A stretch of 32,514 nt of DNA from Nemertoderma westbladi (taxonomy: Eukaryota; Animalia; Xenacoelomorpha). Each line of letters starts with the position of its first letter. Positions within the stretch are counted from its first letter, which is position 1. The translations under genes and the position numbers were made by a program. The stretch covers positions 1 to 32,514 of the forward strand of contig JAUCBJ010003389.1 of NCBI GenBank assembly GCA_032718475.1, in the 5' to 3' direction. Positions 27,801 to 32,514 of this stretch are shown piece by piece. Under the pieces are notes generated by a model, which was given only the letters and a program-made list of their open reading frames with translations, did no database searches and was not told where the DNA came from.

Positions 27801-28367
27801 TTTGTTTCTGTATGGATAACACCATATCTCGAGGTTTGTTTCTGTATGGATAACACCATATCTCGAGGTTTGTTTATGTATGGATAACACCATACCTAGA
27901 GGTTTGTTTGGATAACACCATACCTCGAGGTTTGTTTATATGTATGGATAACACCATATCTCGAGGTTTGTTTATGTATGGATAACACCATATCTCGAGG
28001 TTTGTTTCTGTATGGATAACACCATATCTCGAGGTTTGTTTATGTATGGATAACACCATACCTCGAGGTTTGTTTCTGTATGGATAACACCATATCTCGA
28101 GGTTTGTTTATGTATGGATAACACCATATCTCGAGGTTTGTTTATGTATGGATAACACCATATCTCGAGGTTTGTTTGTGTATGGATAACACCATATCTC
28201 GAGGTTTGTTTATGTATGGATAACACCATACCTAGAGGTTTGTTTCTGTATGGATAACACCATATCTCGAGGTTTGTTTATGTATGGATAACACCATATC
28301 TCGAGGTTTGTTTATGTATGGATAACACCATATCTCGAGGTTTGTTTATGTATGGATGGATAACACC
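12840..28367. repeat. Minisatellite array 3, modal 34-bp unit with 26, 32 and 36-bp variants, about 460 copies
   Basis: Consensus TATGGATAACACCATA(T/C)CT(C/A)GAGGTTTGTTT(A/C)TG. Length variants come from the TT(ATATG/ATG/G)TATGG segment. The array ends at TATGGATGGATAACACC (28367). Confidence 0.98.
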
Positions 28368-28461
28368 TACTGAAATCATTTAAATTCAGCTTGTGATCGA
28401 GTCAATCTAGCAAAAAAATGTAATTAGTTTTGGGTTTTTATGCTGATTGACTTGAATACAG
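12869..28461 (+). other. Candidate 15.6-kb spliceosomal intron made almost entirely of array 3
   Basis: Donor GTTTGT at 12869. About 95 bp of unique sequence follows the array, with a T-rich tract, branch-like CTGAT/TTGAC at 28443-28451 and acceptor TACAG ending at 28461. The flanking exons join in frame. Confidence 0.5.
13845..20650. repeat. Higher-order duplication in array 3: about 13845-16949 repeated at about 17546-20650 (offset 3701 bp)
   Basis: Rare variants recur at +3701 (ACACTATATC near 13918/17619, GTATCTTGGGG, CTCGACGTT, CCTAGAAGTT, AACAGAACACC). The ORF track shows identical ORFs offset by 3701. Confidence 0.9.
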
Positions 28462-28529
28462 GTGTTTGTGGAGATGTTAACTTGGTTAATAATATAAATG
28501 GCGATGTGCGTCCTTTTGTAACTATATAA
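28462..28529 (+). CDS. Candidate terminal coding exon (G)VCGDVNLVNNINGDVRPFVTI*
   Basis: It follows TACAG in phase 1, matching the upstream exon, and stays open for 22 codons to TAA at 28527-28529. A possible ATTAAA polyA signal lies near 28587. The exon is short, so chance cannot be excluded. Confidence 0.4.
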
Positions 28530-28787
28530 ATGAGAAAATATATTCTAGAATTCCCGCAATGGAATAGTATAGAATATAAGCCAAAAATTAAAAAATAATG
28601 TTATTTTAAAAAAATAGCTACCACAAAAAATTACTTGCTGACACTAAATTGAATGCAAGCGAACCAGATTTAAGATGAAAGATGTCAACTAATGATGTAT
28701 TTTAAGGGAACTAATTGGTTCATCAAAAATAATCACTCACTCATGCGACAGTTTACTGCCAGGTCTGCAATTGATAGAATTTAACTT

Positions 28788-28882
28788 GCAACAGGATTCA
28801 TAATATGGATAGCAACAGGAGACATAGTTTGGATAGCAACAGGAGACATAGTTTGGATAGCAGCGGGAGAGATAATTTAGAT
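28788..28882 (+). repeat. 24-bp tandem repeat overlapping the kinase start codon (DSNRRHSL units)
   Basis: Two exact copies of TGGATAGCAACAGGAGACATAGTT, one degenerate downstream copy, and one degenerate upstream partial copy (GCAACAGGATTCATAATA). Confidence 0.85.
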
Positions 28883-29944
28883 GCTAAGTACCGGTACCCG
28901 ATTTCCCCATTGACTGCTCTTGCATGTTGCCATAACAGATACAAGTATGTAGGGGAGTGTACGCCTCGGAGTACAACGGTAGGTTTTAAAGCTAAGCTAA
29001 CTATAAATAGTGTGAAACGGATTTGTTTACCATTCGAATTGAAACTCGTCAGTAAATTGGGTTTTGGAACTTACGGATATGTTAATAAGTACCGATATAC
29101 ACCACTTAACAAAGACCTAGTGATAAAGCGAATCTCTTGCAACGTCGATGATATGTCACTTAAGGAGATACTAACTGTGGTGGGACTTCACAATATAATG
29201 CGAAAGGCATTCCTCGTCGAAGACAATGAGTCTATTTCTCCTTACATAGTAACCTACTATGGCTCGTGGCCTTCCTATATCAGGAGCAGTGGTGAAATAT
29301 GGGTTTGCATGGAAACTATGTTGACTTCAATGGATAAGTTCGTAGTACAGGCCAACGAGCATAACCTGGTTATCGATGAATGCTTTATGGGGTGGGTTGC
29401 TTATTCGTTGCTCGAGGCTGTTCACTATCTCGATACTATTTCGCTATTCTATCGAGACGTTAAACCCTCCAATGTTCTCATCAATTTCTCTGGGTCTATC
29501 AAGTTGGGTGACTATGGTATTTCTACATTCATTACTAATAACGTTCTACCTAAACCTAAAGAAACAATGAGCTTTGAGTGCAAGTTCGACGGAGCGTGGG
29601 AGAGGGATATGGAGGGACTGGGGAATACTATGATAGAACTGACGCTTTCTAAGTTCCGCAGTTCGGCCTGGTGGCTCCAGTTGACCTCCCCTGCTTTGCC
29701 CCACATTGCGCACCAGTCGACCCCAGAGCTATTGCTTTTCATTGCTAAATGTATTGACAAGAGAAAGCAGTGTAGATATTCGGCTATGTCGTTGGATAAA
29801 TTCATCCTACAACACCAAAAACCCCCGATGAATATTTCCGAAATGGTGGCGGCAGTCCGATCACCACACGGTATATTCTACACCAACCTTGTTTGGGCGT
29901 CTATAATTTTTGTTTTTCTGTGTTTTTTTTTTGGCCTTCAATAG
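28805..29944 (+). CDS. Intronless divergent STE7-family MAP kinase kinase (MKK3/6-like), possible pseudokinase or retrogene, 379 aa
   Basis: Gly loop LGFGTYGYV, VIKRI (beta3 Lys), SPYIVTYYGS, GEIWVCMETMLTSMDKF (MKK6: GDVWICMELMDTSLDKF), YRDVKPSNVLIN (MKK3/6: HRDVKPSNVLIN), KLGDYGIS, LGNTMIELT. The ORF is uninterrupted. Confidence 0.9.
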   Translation: MDSNRRHSLDSNRRHSLDSSGRDNLDAKYRYPISPLTALACCHNRYKYVGECTPRSTTVGFKAKLTINSVKRICLPFELKLVSKLGFGTYGYVNKYRYTPLNKDLVIKRISCNVDDMSLKEILTVVGLHNIMRKAFLVEDNESISPYIVTYYGSWPSYIRSSGEIWVCMETMLTSMDKFVVQANEHNLVIDECFMGWVAYSLLEAVHYLDTISLFYRDVKPSNVLINFSGSIKLGDYGISTFITNNVLPKPKETMSFECKFDGAWERDMEGLGNTMIELTLSKFRSSAWWLQLTSPALPHIAHQSTPELLLFIAKCIDKRKQCRYSAMSLDKFILQHQKPPMNISEMVAAVRSPHGIFYTNLVWASIIFVFLCFFFGLQ

Positions 29945-30568
29945 ATCAATCCTAACACAGCTAGGGGGGGGGGGGGTGTCTGTTTGTGTATAGTGGCCCA
30001 TATGGGCAAGATTTTTCTGGTTCAATCTATTACAATTTTGTCTTGTTTGGAATTTTGAATTTTGTCCTGTTTGGAAATTTTTGCAATTTTTTTTAAATAT
30101 ACTAAAATTTTTTGGTTTGGACACAGGGTTTGGGGTTTGTAATTAGTATTTTAGAAATGTTAAAAAATCTCAAAAATTTTCTAGAACAAAAAATATTTGT
30201 TACTCAAACATAATTTTAATTCATATTAACAGCTAATATCAGCAGCTCCATGTTCGTTACCAAGTGGGGTGCAGAAAACAGGTTAGAGCCAAAAAATTAT
30301 TATACAATAATATTCAACGATAATATGTTGAAACTTGAATGAAACAAATTAATTATTTATTACATGAGAAAAAAAGTACTTTTTTCACTATTCTCTAGGC
30401 ATTTTATTTACCGAGCGCCAGCGGGGTTAATAAAGGGTCGAGAGAATATTGAAAAAAAATGTTTTACGTTTCTTTCCATGTAATAGGTAATTTTATTGTT
30501 AATGGGCACTTTTTTGTCGCTTCCCCCCTTCCAATAAACCTCCCCCTTAATTTGTTTCAAATTTTAAC

Positions 30569-31503
30569 CATATGCTACGAAATTTGGTATGATGATGGTT
30601 CGACAACTTTTTTACTACAGCTATTTCGATACAACAAGCCGTTAAATAGTTTTCAGATTCGGAATCATCTGAAAGGATGGTATGCTTGAGTATGTGGACG
30701 ACTTCTATTACCTGGGATCATGGATCCGGAAGTCAGGTGAGGACCTTCGAATACGTAAGGGAAAGGCATGGGCAGCCTTGAATAGGCTTTCCAGGATTTG
30801 GAAGTCACCGAGAATTAATCGGAAACTTAAGGTCCGATTATTTAGAGCAGTAGTAGTTCCAGTACTCCTCTATGGGAGTCCATGCTGGGTTCTAACTGCT
30901 GAGGACACCAAATCTCTGGATGGCACATTCATAAGAATGCTACGCCGGGTTCATTGTGTCAAGTACAATGCACACATCTCCAACCAGACACTATATAACA
31001 TTGGAGGTGTCTCATTGGTTCCCCCAAGCTTGACACTAGAACAAAATCGCCTCCGCTTTGCAGGACATTGCTTTCGCCGTGAGGACCAGCCAGTGCATAA
31101 TCTTGTATTTTGGCAGCCTCATGGAGTGAATAAGCATGGTGGACAGCCCATGACTTTCTTGAGACGCATCTTAAAAGGACACTGGCCTTGAAGATGCGGG
31201 TGATCTAGCAAATGTCATGGGTGATAGGGAGTTGTGGCGGAGCAATTTTGTCGATTATGGCGCTTAAAAATGCAGCTGCAATGCAGCATGCCGATCCTAG
31301 TAGTAGTGCAGATGAAGGCGGTTCTAATGATTTCTAGATTACATTCAAAATAATATTTAGCCGGCGGAGATATCCCAATATTTCCAAATAGACGATTTTT
31401 AACGGTTTGTTTTATCAAAATAGCTCACAAATTGAAAAAACCGGCCCTGCCAGCAGAAACAAAAGTTCTCGAACTATCATCATACCAAATTTCGTAGCAT
31501 ATG
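30569..31503. mobile_element. Non-autonomous element with 43-bp inverted repeats, interrupted by an RTE LINE
   Basis: CATATGCTACGAAATTTGGTATGATGATGGTTCGACAACTTTT (30569-30611) matches the reverse complement of 31461-31503 at 41 of 43 positions. The true termini and TSD were not identified. Confidence 0.6.
30672..31308 (+). mobile_element. 5'-truncated RTE-clade non-LTR retrotransposon (region C-terminal to the RT core, with one frameshift)
   Basis: LEYVDDFYYLGS...RKGKAWAALNRLSRIWKS...KVRLFRAVVVPVLLYGS..W...MLRR...RLRFAGHCFRR is typical of the RTE ORF C-terminus. After a frameshift near 31176 it continues DTGLEDAGDLANVMGDRELWRSNFVDYGA* (stop at 31265-31267). A short (TAG)3 tail lies at 31298-31306. 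Confidence 0.9.
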
Positions 31504-32481
31504 ATAGGTATTATAAAGAATTAGTTAACTGATTTCAGATTTGCTAAAATGGTCCTTGTATTGAGGGAGATGGTAGAAATTGAACTGTAGTATTTTACTA
31601 TATTGTTTCTTTCTGCGATTCCAATTATTGTACTCTTCAACTCCTGATGGTGCTTTACTCAATGTTAAATAATTTAGTGTTCTCGAATATTTATTACGTA
31701 ACTAGAGAACCGCTTAACTACATAAACCAATATTGGATATTGAGTTCAGTTTTGGAGTACACCATGTAGACACTAAAGTTGCAATAACTGTCAATGGGTT
31801 TTGCATAAATTACGTTTCAACATTTTCTACTTAAGATGCTATTTCAACAAATGTAATTTTAATTTAGGAGATTCCTCCCAAAATATTATTCTTAAATTGT
31901 AACTTTTTCGCTCGAATATACTCCCCAATCAGGTTAAAGATTTCTTTTTTCCCAGCGAAAAAAAGTAAAATATATTATTTTTGGCGGAACGACTTAAATT
32001 TTATTACATGTGTTGAAAGAGCATCGATCTAGAAAAGGTTTGTAAGTGATTTGAGCAAAATCCATTCACACACTCAAAAGTTATTCCAACTTCTTTGTAT
32101 TTACTGAAAATCATATTACCTACTAAAATCACAAATCATTTACCATGTACTATCATGCAGGATTCAGTGAAAAACGGCATTATAATATAATGAATAATTA
32201 TAAAAAAGATGCAATTAATAGTAAATGCAATAATAACATAAACAACATAAACTTTGTTATTTTTTTTTATTAACGCTATTAACCTGCAAGAGAGTTAAGT
32301 AAAAGCGGAATAGTGAAATCCGAAAGGTCGGAAAGGTATAGAACGTATAGAAGGTGATAATGATGGGAGGTGAAACCTAGTCAAAAATATCAACTGAGAA
32401 GCAGCACCATAAACTTACACCAATCGTTTCAGATAAATTGGGTCTGTATTCGACAGCGACTGTAGAGTCCAAAAGGTCTAT

Positions 32482-32514
32482 GGGGGCGTTCATAAAGTAT
32501 GTCACGCAAATTTT
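32482..32514 (+). mobile_element. Possible left TIR of a DNA transposon or MITE (Zator-like), truncated by the window end
   Basis: GGGGGCGTTCATAAAGTATGTCACGC resembles recalled GGGGCCRTTCATAAA.TACGTCACGC TIRs. The partner end is not in the window. Confidence 0.3.

Noticed and set aside
12890-28229. Many minus-strand ORFs (MVLSIHKQTSRYGVIHT...)
   Set aside because: They cycle through all three frames of the 34-bp unit and overlap one another, so they are translation artefacts of the array.
12869-28367. Recursive-splicing ratchet points at each AG|GT
   Set aside because: The motif is GAG|GT rather than YAG|GT and lacks an adjacent polypyrimidine tract, so it is unsupported without nascent RNA data.
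28462-28805. Splicing of the upstream gene into the kinase ORF (fusion)
   Set aside because: The candidate donors noticed in the small exon are phase 0, while the acceptor at 28794 requires phase 2.
29963-29976. Poly-G run downstream of the kinase
   Set aside because: It is a simple homopolymer whose length is unreliable, with no functional evidence.
30418-30430. piggyBac-like end GGGG-TTAA
   Set aside because: No matching TTAACCC partner was noticed nearby, and the motif is too short to support alone.
29376-31418. Short ORFs 29376-29570, 29512-29805, 29861-30124, 30459-30689 and 31215-31418
   Set aside because: They are alternative-frame or antisense shadows of the kinase, or AT-rich transposon-derived sequence.

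Overview
This looks like animal (invertebrate-like) nuclear DNA, not prokaryotic. About 77% of the window is three unrelated minisatellite arrays: a 36-bp unit (1-3815, about 106 copies, running off the left edge), a 31-bp unit (4710-10289, 180 copies) and a 26-36-bp unit (12840-28367, about 460 copies). Each array appears to have grown in place from the sequence next to it. Array 1 continues the body of a minus-strand tRNA-derived SINE. Array 2 repeats the end of a small palindromic MITE-like element plus its flank. Array 3 repeats the 3' end of a candidate coding exon together with its 5' splice site (AG|GTTTGT). If that reading is right, a 15.6-kb intron consists almost entirely of hundreds of copies of its own splice donor, followed by a frame-compatible terminal exon at 28462-28529. 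Downstream are an intronless, strongly diverged MKK3/6-like MAP2K ORF (activation-loop phosphosites and APE motif lost, hydrophobic C-terminal tail) and a 5'-truncated RTE LINE inserted in an element bounded by inverted repeats. ORFs inside the arrays are artefacts of periodicity. Family assignments come from recalled motifs, not from database searches.
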